From: Bacteroidota bacterium | GTDB lineage: Bacteria; Bacteroidota; Bacteroidia; UKL13-3 | Direction: 5' to 3' | Assembly: GCA_041302975.1 (NCBI GenBank) | Contig: JBFYQC010000129.1 | Span: forward strand, 1 to 49,914 | Length of the DNA: 49,914 nucleotides | Shown here: positions 35,673 to 44,775 of the stretch, in pieces | Position numbering within the stretch: position 1 is the first letter of the stretch | Layout of the letters: the number at the start of each line of letters is the position of its first letter | Translations under genes and position numbers: made by a program | The notes under the pieces: model-generated | Database searches by the model: none | Told to the model about the DNA's origin: nothing | The model's input: only the letters and a program-made list of their open reading frames with translations

Positions 35673-37769
35673 CTAATTATTAATATATAATTTAATGGGC
35701 TGAGTTAATACACCTTGTTTTACAATCAAAAAGTAAATGCCTTGTTTAATTGTTGAAGTATTCACAACATCCTCGTGCAAGTTAAGTGTTCCGTGTTGTA
35801 CTATTTTTCCTAAAATATCTACTATTTGGTATGATGAATTGCGGTTTTTTAAATTCTTAATGTGAATTTCGGTTGATGCAGGATTAGGGTATACAGTCAC
35901 TTTCGCTTCTGTGATTGACTCTTCATTTTTCCCACTTCCTAAATATTCTTTTCTTACGCAAGCTTTCCATGTAATTATGTTACTACTATCTTCAGAGATT
36001 ACTTGCCAAGTGAAGGGTTGAGTTATATTGATTTTTTTGGGCGATGTTATGGTTGTTCTGGCATTGTCGAACAAACTAAATGTAAGGAAGGCACTATCTA
36101 AAACTAAGTTGCTTGGCACAACAAAGTAATATGTTTTGCGTTCATAATCTAGCAAAGTACTATCGTTGTAAGCAATGTCTAATTTGGCATTCCAGCAATC
36201 AGCATTATTCATTTTTATACCAGTTGATTTTACTCCACCCAAATTTACAATTGATATACTATCGGTAACATAATTACGAAGTTGTAATGCACTTATGTAT
36301 AGTTCAGCTGTTTCCCCATCATCATCTGCAAATATCAAAAATCCTTGGTCATCGCCTGATCTTGATGAATTCCAAATAGCCCAACGTGTGGTTCCAGTGG
36401 TTAGCATGTTTTCGCCAACATAAACTCCATTGATGTATTTTTTTATCAAGTTATTCGGACCATCATATACTATTGCAATTCGATTCCAAACATTTGGCGT
36501 AATAATACCGTGATAAGAATTGCCAATACCTATTCCTCCTGCAGGGTTAATAAAAAAATCACCATCATTTGCATTTATTGTACTGGTTTGTAATAGTGAT
36601 ATCCATTTTCCTGCCGATGCTTGCGGTAACAAAATATCCATTACTAGCGTATATGTGTTGTCTAGTATTCCAAAGTTCTCATCTCTTGAGTTGTTGTATA
36701 CCATAATGCCGTTACTCGCATTGTAAGCTGGAATTTTGGCAACGATTTTATTTTGTCCTTCAATAAACGGAACGCCAAGTATATTACATGAAGCAAATTC
36801 TACCTGTTCATTAACTGGTACATTTGTTGTTTTCAGTAAACGTAATTGTGAACCAACATTTATTGCATTTAGATTACCATTAAAAATCCAGTTTCCGGTT
36901 GTTAAATTATCATAAGGGTTTCCTGTAATGTTGTTGCATGCTAATAATCCCGATTCCCAAGCTCTGTCACTTTCAATACCATCAACGCCCAAGTTAATTA
37001 GTTCTTGTATGCGTGAATTGTCGTTCTCGGTAAATGCCCAAATCTTACCTCCCGCATTTTTTACTTTAGTTTTAAAAGTATTCCATAAACTATCACCAAC
37101 ATTAGATGAACTGACTTCAAAAGCATAGCAACCTAACTCAACTGAATGATTATAGAAAAAATCATCGTTTATATCTGAGGGATAATCACCACCTCCAAAC
37201 CAAACCCAAGGAGTATTAGGCAATAACGATCTAAACAATGCTGCTTGGGCTAGCGTAGTTAATGATGGCATCATCCTGTTTGGCGCCACTCCAGATTCTT
37301 CAAGTGTTGATTTTAATGATTGTAAGTTGTAGTTTTTAGTGTCTAAATATAAGTATGCATTATACTTTTCTGCTAATTGTAGGGCTTCAATTAAAGTGGG
37401 TATTTTTAAGCCTTTAAATTGCTCTCCTTTCCATGAACCGTAATCTAATTGCTTTAGTTCTGCTAAGGTTTTCTCTCTTATGTTACCAGTACCATTACTT
37501 GTTCTGTAAATAGATGGGGCGTCATGAAATAATACATACACATTATCACTTGTTAGTGAAACGTCTACTTCGGTATATTTTACTCCTCTTTTAAAAAGTT
37601 CTTCTAACGCCAGTAAAGTATTTTCTGGGTATACAGATGAATAGCCTCTATGCCCTATAGGTGTGTAGTTACATGATGAGAAATCTGTGGAAGGAACTTG
37701 GCATTGAGAATAGACAATGCTTGGGTTTATCAATATAAAACCGATAATCAAACAGTATAGTTTATGCAT
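35673..37769 (-). CDS. Secreted glycerophosphodiester phosphodiesterase domain protein with LamG-like lectin domain and T9SS CTD
   Basis: Signal peptide, then GDPD motif GHRGYSSVYPENTLLALEE ... EVDV ... HD. The central WNRIAIVYDGPNNLIKKYINGVYVGE is LamG/concanavalin-like. The C-terminus is VYPNPASTEIHI...QGIYFLIVKQG. Confidence 0.8.
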   Translation of the reverse strand: MHKLYCLIIGFILINPSIVYSQCQVPSTDFSSCNYTPIGHRGYSSVYPENTLLALEELFKRGVKYTEVDVSLTSDNVYVLFHDAPSIYRTSNGTGNIREKTLAELKQLDYGSWKGEQFKGLKIPTLIEALQLAEKYNAYLYLDTKNYNLQSLKSTLEESGVAPNRMMPSLTTLAQAALFRSLLPNTPWVWFGGGDYPSDINDDFFYNHSVELGCYAFEVSSSNVGDSLWNTFKTKVKNAGGKIWAFTENDNSRIQELINLGVDGIESDRAWESGLLACNNITGNPYDNLTTGNWIFNGNLNAINVGSQLRLLKTTNVPVNEQVEFASCNILGVPFIEGQNKIVAKIPAYNASNGIMVYNNSRDENFGILDNTYTLVMDILLPQASAGKWISLLQTSTINANDGDFFINPAGGIGIGNSYHGIITPNVWNRIAIVYDGPNNLIKKYINGVYVGENMLTTGTTRWAIWNSSRSGDDQGFLIFADDDGETAELYISALQLRNYVTDSISIVNLGGVKSTGIKMNNADCWNAKLDIAYNDSTLLDYERKTYYFVVPSNLVLDSAFLTFSLFDNARTTITSPKKINITQPFTWQVISEDSSNIITWKACVRKEYLGSGKNEESITEAKVTVYPNPASTEIHIKNLKNRNSSYQIVDILGKIVQHGTLNLHEDVVNTSTIKQGIYFLIVKQGVLTQPIKLYINN

Positions 37770-37819
37770 TTATATGGTTGTTTGTTGTAAAGTAAATTCA
37801 ATAAATAATATTAATCGAA

Positions 37820-39697
37820 TTAATTATACAAACGCCAACGCACACCAATTCTTAGGCTTTGTAACGAAATAGGGTAATGTGGAGTATTGTAAAATCCTTT
37901 ATTTATCAAATTTTGATTTACATGTTCATAAACTGCAATTAATACGGCTCGTTTTATTTGCATGCTTACAAAGGGATTAACTAAAGGATAGTTGCCAATT
38001 TTACTTTCTTGTTGTAAGTAAAACATCCTTGTTGATGGACTCCATCCCATGCCATAATAAGGGGTATTATAAAATACATTAACACCGAGCTGTATTTTGC
38101 TTGTGTAAAAATTACTTTCTAAATAATACCTTAATACACCTCCAAACTCAGGTACCGGAATATATTTGGCATTACTTTGTTGGTAATGTAAAGTGTGTTT
38201 AAAGAAAAACTTCCAAGCATTAAATGTTTTGTCTAACTGCACATGTATGATACTTGCATCACCACCTGCTTGCTCGGGCAATAAGTTTTGATTAAGGTAA
38301 GTATGCTTGCTAATTAAATAGTGGTTAAAACTTATAGTAAAATTATTTTTAAAAGGATTTGTTTTTAAAACCACATGCTGACTAAAACTCCCCGAAATAT
38401 TAAAGTTGTTATCCCAAGCAAATTGATTTGATGCAAATTTTAACATTGCATAATCTGGTGTATATTGTTGTTGCGCAGCAATTGCTGATAACTCAACTTG
38501 TTTGGTATTGTAACTTAAACCGGCTTTTATTAAATGGTTATTTTGGTTGAATCCCCATAAAACCACATTTGCATCAGCAAAAAAACTAAGGGTATTGTAA
38601 CCCTTGTTTCTTTTTTCAAATTGAGCTTCAGCAATCAGGTTTTGGTGGTTACGGGTGTATGTTGATTGGGATACCACTGCCGCTTGATGCGATATCCCAA
38701 CATTTAAAAAAGTACTGCCTAGTTTGCTTGGTGTATTTAACCAACTGTAATTAATCTTATTTTCTAGCAAACCATTGTACAACGAATCGTATGTTTGGTT
38801 AGGAGTGGTAGAATAAAATTGATTTGGTAAAAGGGTCAAGTTACTGTCTCCTGAATTGATGAAAATATGCGAAATTTCCTCTGCTTTAATGGTATGACTT
38901 ATTTGTGATTTAGGCTCAAATCCATACAAAGTATCATCACCTTGTATAACCGAATTTGATGCGCCAAATCTTAAGTATTGTTTAATCCAAGCGCTGCGGT
39001 TACGGTACTGGTTTTGACTGAAGTTTAAATTTACATTTACCGTCTTATTGCTTCCACTCAATGCTTCAAATGAGGAGTCGCTTATTATACCACCATTTTC
39101 TTGCAGTGTACCTTTGTTCCAAGTAAATGCTGCCAATAAATAATACCTTTTATTTTTTGAATGATAATTAGTTGTTACTTGTGTGTTGTAGTGACTGGTT
39201 TTTTGTCTTAATAAAAAACCTTCAGATGATATACGTTGAAAATCGACACCAATATTCCAACGGGGTAAAATATTTTGCGTATGAGTGGCTTTTAAAAACA
39301 ATAATTCTTGCGACCCTTGGGTATAAAACAACTCAGTAAAGGGTTTAGTAGTATTGTAAAACCGAGCATTTTGAGGTGTGAAAAAATAGTTGCTATATGG
39401 GTTAAAGACACCATTAAATCCAACAGGTTGATTTACTGAAAAAATAGCGCTTCGTCCTGCCGTTCCAATATTTCCTAAATCTTGAAATAACACATTTTTT
39501 TTATACATGGGATGAAAAATCTCTGTTTCATTCATGTTGGTATCCAATATTTGTTGTTCTGTATTTCTATCAACTCCTCCAGCACTAATGTAGGTTAATG
39601 GATGTTTCCTAATACTGTCTTGTGCCCATAAATTATTGGCACTTGATAAACTTACAATACAAAAAAGTATATAAAATAAATTAGCGTTCTGCTTCAC
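37820..39697 (-). CDS. Outer-membrane beta-barrel protein (putative porin family, ~625 aa)
   Basis: Signal peptide LFCIVSLSSANNLWAQ. Long alternating-strand, Tyr/Asn/Phe-rich sequence. The size matches the Bacteroidota putative-porin family as I recall it. No direct motif proof. Confidence 0.55.
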   Translation of the reverse strand: MKQNANLFYILFCIVSLSSANNLWAQDSIRKHPLTYISAGGVDRNTEQQILDTNMNETEIFHPMYKKNVLFQDLGNIGTAGRSAIFSVNQPVGFNGVFNPYSNYFFTPQNARFYNTTKPFTELFYTQGSQELLFLKATHTQNILPRWNIGVDFQRISSEGFLLRQKTSHYNTQVTTNYHSKNKRYYLLAAFTWNKGTLQENGGIISDSSFEALSGSNKTVNVNLNFSQNQYRNRSAWIKQYLRFGASNSVIQGDDTLYGFEPKSQISHTIKAEEISHIFINSGDSNLTLLPNQFYSTTPNQTYDSLYNGLLENKINYSWLNTPSKLGSTFLNVGISHQAAVVSQSTYTRNHQNLIAEAQFEKRNKGYNTLSFFADANVVLWGFNQNNHLIKAGLSYNTKQVELSAIAAQQQYTPDYAMLKFASNQFAWDNNFNISGSFSQHVVLKTNPFKNNFTISFNHYLISKHTYLNQNLLPEQAGGDASIIHVQLDKTFNAWKFFFKHTLHYQQSNAKYIPVPEFGGVLRYYLESNFYTSKIQLGVNVFYNTPYYGMGWSPSTRMFYLQQESKIGNYPLVNPFVSMQIKRAVLIAVYEHVNQNLINKGFYNTPHYPISLQSLRIGVRWRLYN

Positions 39698-39698
39698 G

Positions 39699-41114
39699 TT
39701 ATTGTTTTAGTAGTTGAGCCTTATACAAGTGCTCATCTGTTGTTAATTTTAAAAGAAACAAACCTGGTGACAAATCCAATACTGTATTTATTTTGTTGGC
39801 TCCGGCATTCAAATCTATTTTTTTTACAGCTACAAGTTTACCCTGCAAATTGTAAACCTCCAAATTTGTAGTTTGAGGCTTGTTTACACTCAGCGTAAAA
39901 TTAATATCCTGATTAAACGGATTCGGGTGAATATTCATATTTACAACTGTTTTAGCATATTGGTTAACAGCCAAGCGTTCTGTAGTACGCAAAACAAATA
40001 ACCCATTGGTCATATCACTAGCTAATATGATGCCTGATGGTAAGAAAGGCCAAACGCCCCAGCATCCCCTGTAACCGCTGCTGTATGTTTGCGGGTAGGT
40101 ATCGTAGTAGGCTGTAATTTTAGGATTAGCTTTGTCTAATAAATCGTAAACCTGCACACCACCATAATACATGCTTGTGTATGCATATCGTCCTTTCCAA
40201 TATGCATTGTGTGGCGAGCCTACTTCTTTAAATGGGTTGCCAACAATACGAGGATTATTTAATTCGGTTAAATCATAAATCTTCATCCCCACACCTTCTG
40301 GTGTTTCATCACAAAATAAAATAAACTTTCCACTGCTATCCAGCCAACCACTATGGTTGTATGCATTAGCAGGGTAGGGTGGGGTAATTGCACTTAATAA
40401 TACAGGGGTTGATGCATCCCTTACATCAAAAATAAATAATCCGGCATTTTCACTGCTGCAATAAGCCGTGTCGTTTCGCACATAACTCTCGTGAACGCGC
40501 GTGCCCGTGTATGGGGCAGGATATTCCAGTGCTCCAATTTTTACGGGTACTTCTGGGTTTGCAAGCGAGATAATATCCATCGGAAAAACTTCAATTTGTC
40601 CTGTTTGAGGATTTTTTCGCTTGTTTAAATTCATGTACATGCGCTGCGATTTTTCTTCGATAAAGATAGTGTGCGTTAAAGCACCAATACTGTCACTCTC
40701 ATATACTTTTACTACCGAGTCGGGGAGGTATTGCATGTTAAAAATCTGTAGGTTTCCCAAGTTTGTGCATTGGTCGCTCGTTGCATACAAATAATGGTGA
40801 TATGGATAATAATCGCGGTTAACACAACCCGTGTTTGTACCAAAAAACTTAGCACATAATTTTATTTCATAAGGATTTGTAACATCAAAAAAGTAAATGC
40901 TGTCAGTGGTTCCTGCAATCATGTATTCCCGGTTTTTAACAGTGTCTTTCCAACCCATTACATCATTCCATATTTGCAACTCGCCTAGTTTAGTTAAGTT
41001 GGTATCGTTGTAGTGACTGAGCAACTCCATGTGCAGGCTTTCTTGTGCTAACAAGGTTTGTGATTTGGCAATTACCAACAACAATAAAATCCAAAATAGT
41101 TTAATCATTTTCAT
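39699..41114 (-). CDS. LVIVD-repeat (choice-of-anchor-B-like) beta-propeller protein with T9SS CTD
   Basis: Signal peptide present. Repeats include LQIFNMQYLPDS, GLFIFDVRDASTPVLL, MKIYDLTELNNPRIV and GVQVYDLLDKANPKI. The C-terminus is IHPNPFNQDINF...PGLFLLKLTTD. Confidence 0.7.
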   Translation of the reverse strand: MKMIKLFWILLLLVIAKSQTLLAQESLHMELLSHYNDTNLTKLGELQIWNDVMGWKDTVKNREYMIAGTTDSIYFFDVTNPYEIKLCAKFFGTNTGCVNRDYYPYHHYLYATSDQCTNLGNLQIFNMQYLPDSVVKVYESDSIGALTHTIFIEEKSQRMYMNLNKRKNPQTGQIEVFPMDIISLANPEVPVKIGALEYPAPYTGTRVHESYVRNDTAYCSSENAGLFIFDVRDASTPVLLSAITPPYPANAYNHSGWLDSSGKFILFCDETPEGVGMKIYDLTELNNPRIVGNPFKEVGSPHNAYWKGRYAYTSMYYGGVQVYDLLDKANPKITAYYDTYPQTYSSGYRGCWGVWPFLPSGIILASDMTNGLFVLRTTERLAVNQYAKTVVNMNIHPNPFNQDINFTLSVNKPQTTNLEVYNLQGKLVAVKKIDLNAGANKINTVLDLSPGLFLLKLTTDEHLYKAQLLKQ

Positions 41115-42180
41115 GTTGTGCGTTTTCTAATTCGGTTCTTATGTATGCGTTTATTTGTTGCAATAATGCTTTTTCTTCATCAAATAAAATGTTAATACCA
41201 ATAGGCATGTACCAGATGGATAAATGATTGATATGAGGCAGTATACTCGAACTTTTTAATTTAACTGCATCCTTCTCTGTTGTAATAATAATACTGTCAG
41301 TATGCGTTGCAGCAGTTGCTGCAAGTTGTTGTATACGATCGTCTGAATAGTTTTGATGATCGCTAAATACCAAGGGAATAACCTGTTTTTGCATGCTTTT
41401 TACTTGATTAACAAATAAATTTGATTTTGCTATGCCTGCAAGTGCCACTGTAGGTTGATTTGGGTGTGGTATACCTTGTAGTTTAGCTGCATCAGTAACG
41501 GCAATAAGATTTTTGTATTGTATGCTACTAAAAAAAACAGTTTGGTGTGGTTGTAATTTAAGGAGTTGTATGATGTTGGTTTTTTCTGCAATACTTAAAT
41601 TAGCTGGGCATTTGGTAACAATAATTACATCAGCTCTATTGGCCCCTGTTTTACTTTCGCGCAGTAATCCGGCTGGTAATAAAAAATCGTTGTAATAAGG
41701 ACGGTTATAATCGCACAATACTATGTTAAATCCAGCCTTTATACTTAAATGCTGAAACCCATCATCCATTAAAACCACTTCAGTATTTGGTTCATCGCCC
41801 AATAAAGTAGGGATACCCAGCACGCGGTTCTCACTTACTGCAACAGGTACTTGTAAAAACTTTTGTTTTATTTGATAAGGTTCGTCACCAATTTGTTCGG
41901 GTGTACTAATAGGGGTTGATAATACATAGCCTATTGTTTGGCGTTTGTATCCTCTGCTTAATACTGCCACTTGATAATGCCCATTTAAGTTTTTAATCAA
42001 CCACTCTATATGTGGCGTTTTGCCAGTGCCTCCTGCGGTAAGGTTTCCTACACAAATAATAGGAAAATCGAATTTGCTACGTGTATATAACCCCGATTTG
42101 TAAAGCCATTTTCTAAATGAAATAATTAAGCCATACAAGCAAGAAAAGGGCATAAGAAGATAGAATAAAAACTTTGGCAT
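41101..42180 (-). CDS. lpxK: Tetraacyldisaccharide 4'-kinase
   Basis: LLMPFSCLYGLII N-terminus and P-loop VGNLTAGGTGKTPHIEWL, 359 aa. Confidence 0.9.
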   Translation of the reverse strand: MPKFLFYLLMPFSCLYGLIISFRKWLYKSGLYTRSKFDFPIICVGNLTAGGTGKTPHIEWLIKNLNGHYQVAVLSRGYKRQTIGYVLSTPISTPEQIGDEPYQIKQKFLQVPVAVSENRVLGIPTLLGDEPNTEVVLMDDGFQHLSIKAGFNIVLCDYNRPYYNDFLLPAGLLRESKTGANRADVIIVTKCPANLSIAEKTNIIQLLKLQPHQTVFFSSIQYKNLIAVTDAAKLQGIPHPNQPTVALAGIAKSNLFVNQVKSMQKQVIPLVFSDHQNYSDDRIQQLAATAATHTDSIIITTEKDAVKLKSSSILPHINHLSIWYMPIGINILFDEEKALLQQINAYIRTELENAQHEND

Positions 42181-42187
42181 ATGTTGT

Positions 42188-42195
42188 CAAATATA
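42188..42195 (-). promoter_or_regulatory. Candidate -7 box (TATATTTG on minus strand) only 7 nt upstream of lpxK ATG
   Basis: Plus strand reads CAAATATA at 42188-42195, and the ATG begins at 42180. Confidence 0.3.
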
Positions 42196-42301
42196 ACCCT
42201 TATAAGTGAATATGTTCTGTTAGTAGTTTTGGCGTTTAATAGTTGTTGATTTTAAGTATTACAGGCAATTTATTTAGGTTATTATTAGCGTAGAATAAAA
42301 A

Positions 42302-42332
42302 AAAATCCCGCAACTTTTGGTTACGGGATTTT
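42302..42332 (-). terminator. Intrinsic terminator after the 42351..43625 gene
   Basis: AAAATCCCG / CGGGATTTT 9-bp stem, followed on the minus strand by a T8 tract. Confidence 0.75.
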
Positions 42333-42350
42333 GATTGCATGTAATAAATA

Positions 42351-43625
42351 TTATCTTTTAACAATACGTTGTGTGGTTACTTCGTTCCCAATGTTCACAC
42401 GAATGAAGTATATGCCAACTGGCAAAGCATCAGTGTCTAATGTTAATGTGTTTTCACCTTTGTTTACAATCATGTTCGTGTTTTGATGTGATTTACCCAA
42501 CATATCTATAATTTGAATGTGAGCCATACCTTCTGTAACACTGTTGTATTTAATGTGTAAACTTCCATTAAATGGATTTGGGGTCGTAAATACGGCAGTG
42601 CTTTTGTCTAACTCAACATTCACGCAAGCCACTTTAGAAAACTCGGTTGTACCATTAAAATCTATTTGTTTTAAGCGATAGCATATGTTCCCTGAGGTTT
42701 CATGAGAATCAGCAAAACTGTATGCTTTAACCACATTGCTATTGCCACTGCCATTAACAAAACCTACTGTTTGATATTTAGCTCCATTAATGCTGCGTTG
42801 AATTTCAAAACCTTTGTTGTTACTTTCACTTGCTGTAGCCCATTTTAAGTTAACTACATCATTACCTTTAGTTGCAGTGAATGATTTGAATTGAACTGGA
42901 AGTGATGTTGTAGCCCAATTAGTACTTACTCTAATACCATCGATTACTAAAGTTGCAGCATTTGATGCTGTACCTTGTCTTAATGCCAATCTACTGAAAT
43001 TAGCTTGGTCGGTTGCTGTTCCTGCTGTCGGTCCTACATAGGTAGAAGAAGGCTCGGTTATTGGAATACCACTTGAAAGCACATATACACTTGCTTGGTC
43101 ATCTGTTGTTGTTGTTGCTGAGAAAGAATACTTAACAACAACGAAATATGTTGTGTTAAAATTTAAAACAGAAGTTCCGTAAATAGCGGTTTCAGTCCAT
43201 TTCGAAACTCCAAGAACATATCCAGTTGAGGACGATTTTGCGAAAAGTCTCGAAAAAAAACTACTTGTGCTTCCAGCAGGTACCATTGCCATGAAGTAAT
43301 CACCGTTTGCTTGGGCAGCTGACACATTGAGCATGAAAGATAAATACACATCACCTGAAGAAATGCCTGATTGTAAATCGCGGTAAATATCTTGCCCAGT
43401 TGTGGTTAATGCTGCAGCATTTCCAATACCTGAGTTTGTAAATCCAGTGTAAGTTAGGCCCGGGCTAACAACAGATATCGGATTTGTAACAACTGTACCG
43501 ATTTGTGTCCAATTATTGGCTGTTAAGGCTTGAGAGGCTGTGTAGTTGAAATCTTCATTGAAAACGTTTTGAGCGTTTACATAAAGAACACCAACCATCA
43601 TAATCGCGAGTAATAGTTTTTTCAT
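42351..43625 (-). CDS. Secreted protein with T9SS C-terminal sorting domain
   Basis: Signal peptide MKKLLLAIMMVGVLYVNAQ. A Ser/Thr-rich beta-type N-domain is followed by an Ig/FN3-like segment (FKSFTATKGNDVVNLKWATASESNNKGFEIQRS). The CTD is TPNPFNGSLHI...VGIYFIRVNIG. Confidence 0.75.
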   Translation of the reverse strand: MKKLLLAIMMVGVLYVNAQNVFNEDFNYTASQALTANNWTQIGTVVTNPISVVSPGLTYTGFTNSGIGNAAALTTTGQDIYRDLQSGISSGDVYLSFMLNVSAAQANGDYFMAMVPAGSTSSFFSRLFAKSSSTGYVLGVSKWTETAIYGTSVLNFNTTYFVVVKYSFSATTTTDDQASVYVLSSGIPITEPSSTYVGPTAGTATDQANFSRLALRQGTASNAATLVIDGIRVSTNWATTSLPVQFKSFTATKGNDVVNLKWATASESNNKGFEIQRSINGAKYQTVGFVNGSGNSNVVKAYSFADSHETSGNICYRLKQIDFNGTTEFSKVACVNVELDKSTAVFTTPNPFNGSLHIKYNSVTEGMAHIQIIDMLGKSHQNTNMIVNKGENTLTLDTDALPVGIYFIRVNIGNEVTTQRIVKR

Positions 43626-43643
43626 AATTATAATTTAATGATA

Positions 43644-43651
43644 CAAAAATA
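43644..43651 (-). promoter_or_regulatory. Candidate -7 box (TATTTTTG on minus strand)
   Basis: Plus strand reads CAAAAATA, 19 nt upstream of ATG 43625. Confidence 0.4.
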
Positions 43652-43725
43652 AGGTTTTAATCTAAAGTAACAAGTGAACGAATTGTTAAATAAACAGCAG
43701 GAATCCTGAACATTAAGAATAACTA

Positions 43726-44775
43726 TTAGTTACCTGTTCCTTTTTTTAGTGTAAATCCGAATGTTGTGCCTTGGCCAATTGTACTACGAACATTAATTGC
43801 TTGATGATGAGCTTCAATGATGTGTTTTACAATAGCAAGACCAAGTCCGGTACCTCCAGCACCACTTTCCCTGGCTCTGCTTTTATCTACGCGATAAAAG
43901 CGTTCGAAAATTCGTGGTAGGTGTTCTTGCGAAATTCCTTCTCCGTTATCTCCAATTTCAATTAAGGTGTTTTCATCCATATCGTAATAGGCGGCAGTGG
44001 TAGTGCCCAACTCTTTGCCATATTTAATAGAGTTGTTTACAAGATTTAATACAACTTGCCGAATTCGATATCTGTCTCCAAAAATCCAAAATGGTTTATT
44101 ACAACCTTCTTTTATAATTAAGCTAATACCTCGCTCTTTAGCCCTTACTTCTAATTGCTCATAAACATCTTTAACCAGAGCGTTTATATCAAAACGCTCC
44201 ATTTCCATAACTAATTCTCCACTTTCTAATTGGGAAATGGCCAATAAATCTGCTACCAAATCGCTTAATCTATCTGCACTTTTGGCTGCTTTTTTTAAGA
44301 ATCGAATGTTTACCTCTGGATCGTCAATTGCGCCATCAATCAAGGTATGTATATAACCTTGTATGTTAAAAATGGGAGTTTTTAATTCATGACTTACATT
44401 ACCTAAAAATTCTTTGCGGAAATCAGCTAAACGTTTAAGCTCTTCCATTTGTTGTTTTTGATCGCGCGCCCAACTTATTACTTCTTTATTCATTTTAGAA
44501 ATGGGATCATTTAGTAAGCTGTATTTGCTTAGCTGCGCATCATATTTCTGAGTTTTTAAACTATGAATAGTTTTGTAGATTAGTTTAATTTTACGGTAAA
44601 TGAAATATTCTATACTGTAAAAGAATAACAAGAAACTGGATACAAAAGTAAGAATTAGAATAGTAAATATCTGATGTACGTCTTCGTTAATTAAGTAGTT
44701 AGATAGCGCGACCAATACTGATAGCACAGCTGCAATAAAAATGGTTATATAAAGAGGTTTTGGGTTTCTAATCAT
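43726..44775 (-). CDS. Sensor histidine kinase (PhoR/EnvZ-type, HisKA + HATPase_c)
   Basis: Two N-terminal TM segments, H-box FLGNVSHELKTP, N-box LVNNSIKY, G-boxes DNGEGI and GTGLGLAIVK. Confidence 0.9.
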   Translation of the reverse strand: MIRNPKPLYITIFIAAVLSVLVALSNYLINEDVHQIFTILILTFVSSFLLFFYSIEYFIYRKIKLIYKTIHSLKTQKYDAQLSKYSLLNDPISKMNKEVISWARDQKQQMEELKRLADFRKEFLGNVSHELKTPIFNIQGYIHTLIDGAIDDPEVNIRFLKKAAKSADRLSDLVADLLAISQLESGELVMEMERFDINALVKDVYEQLEVRAKERGISLIIKEGCNKPFWIFGDRYRIRQVVLNLVNNSIKYGKELGTTTAAYYDMDENTLIEIGDNGEGISQEHLPRIFERFYRVDKSRARESGAGGTGLGLAIVKHIIEAHHQAINVRSTIGQGTTFGFTLKKGTGN

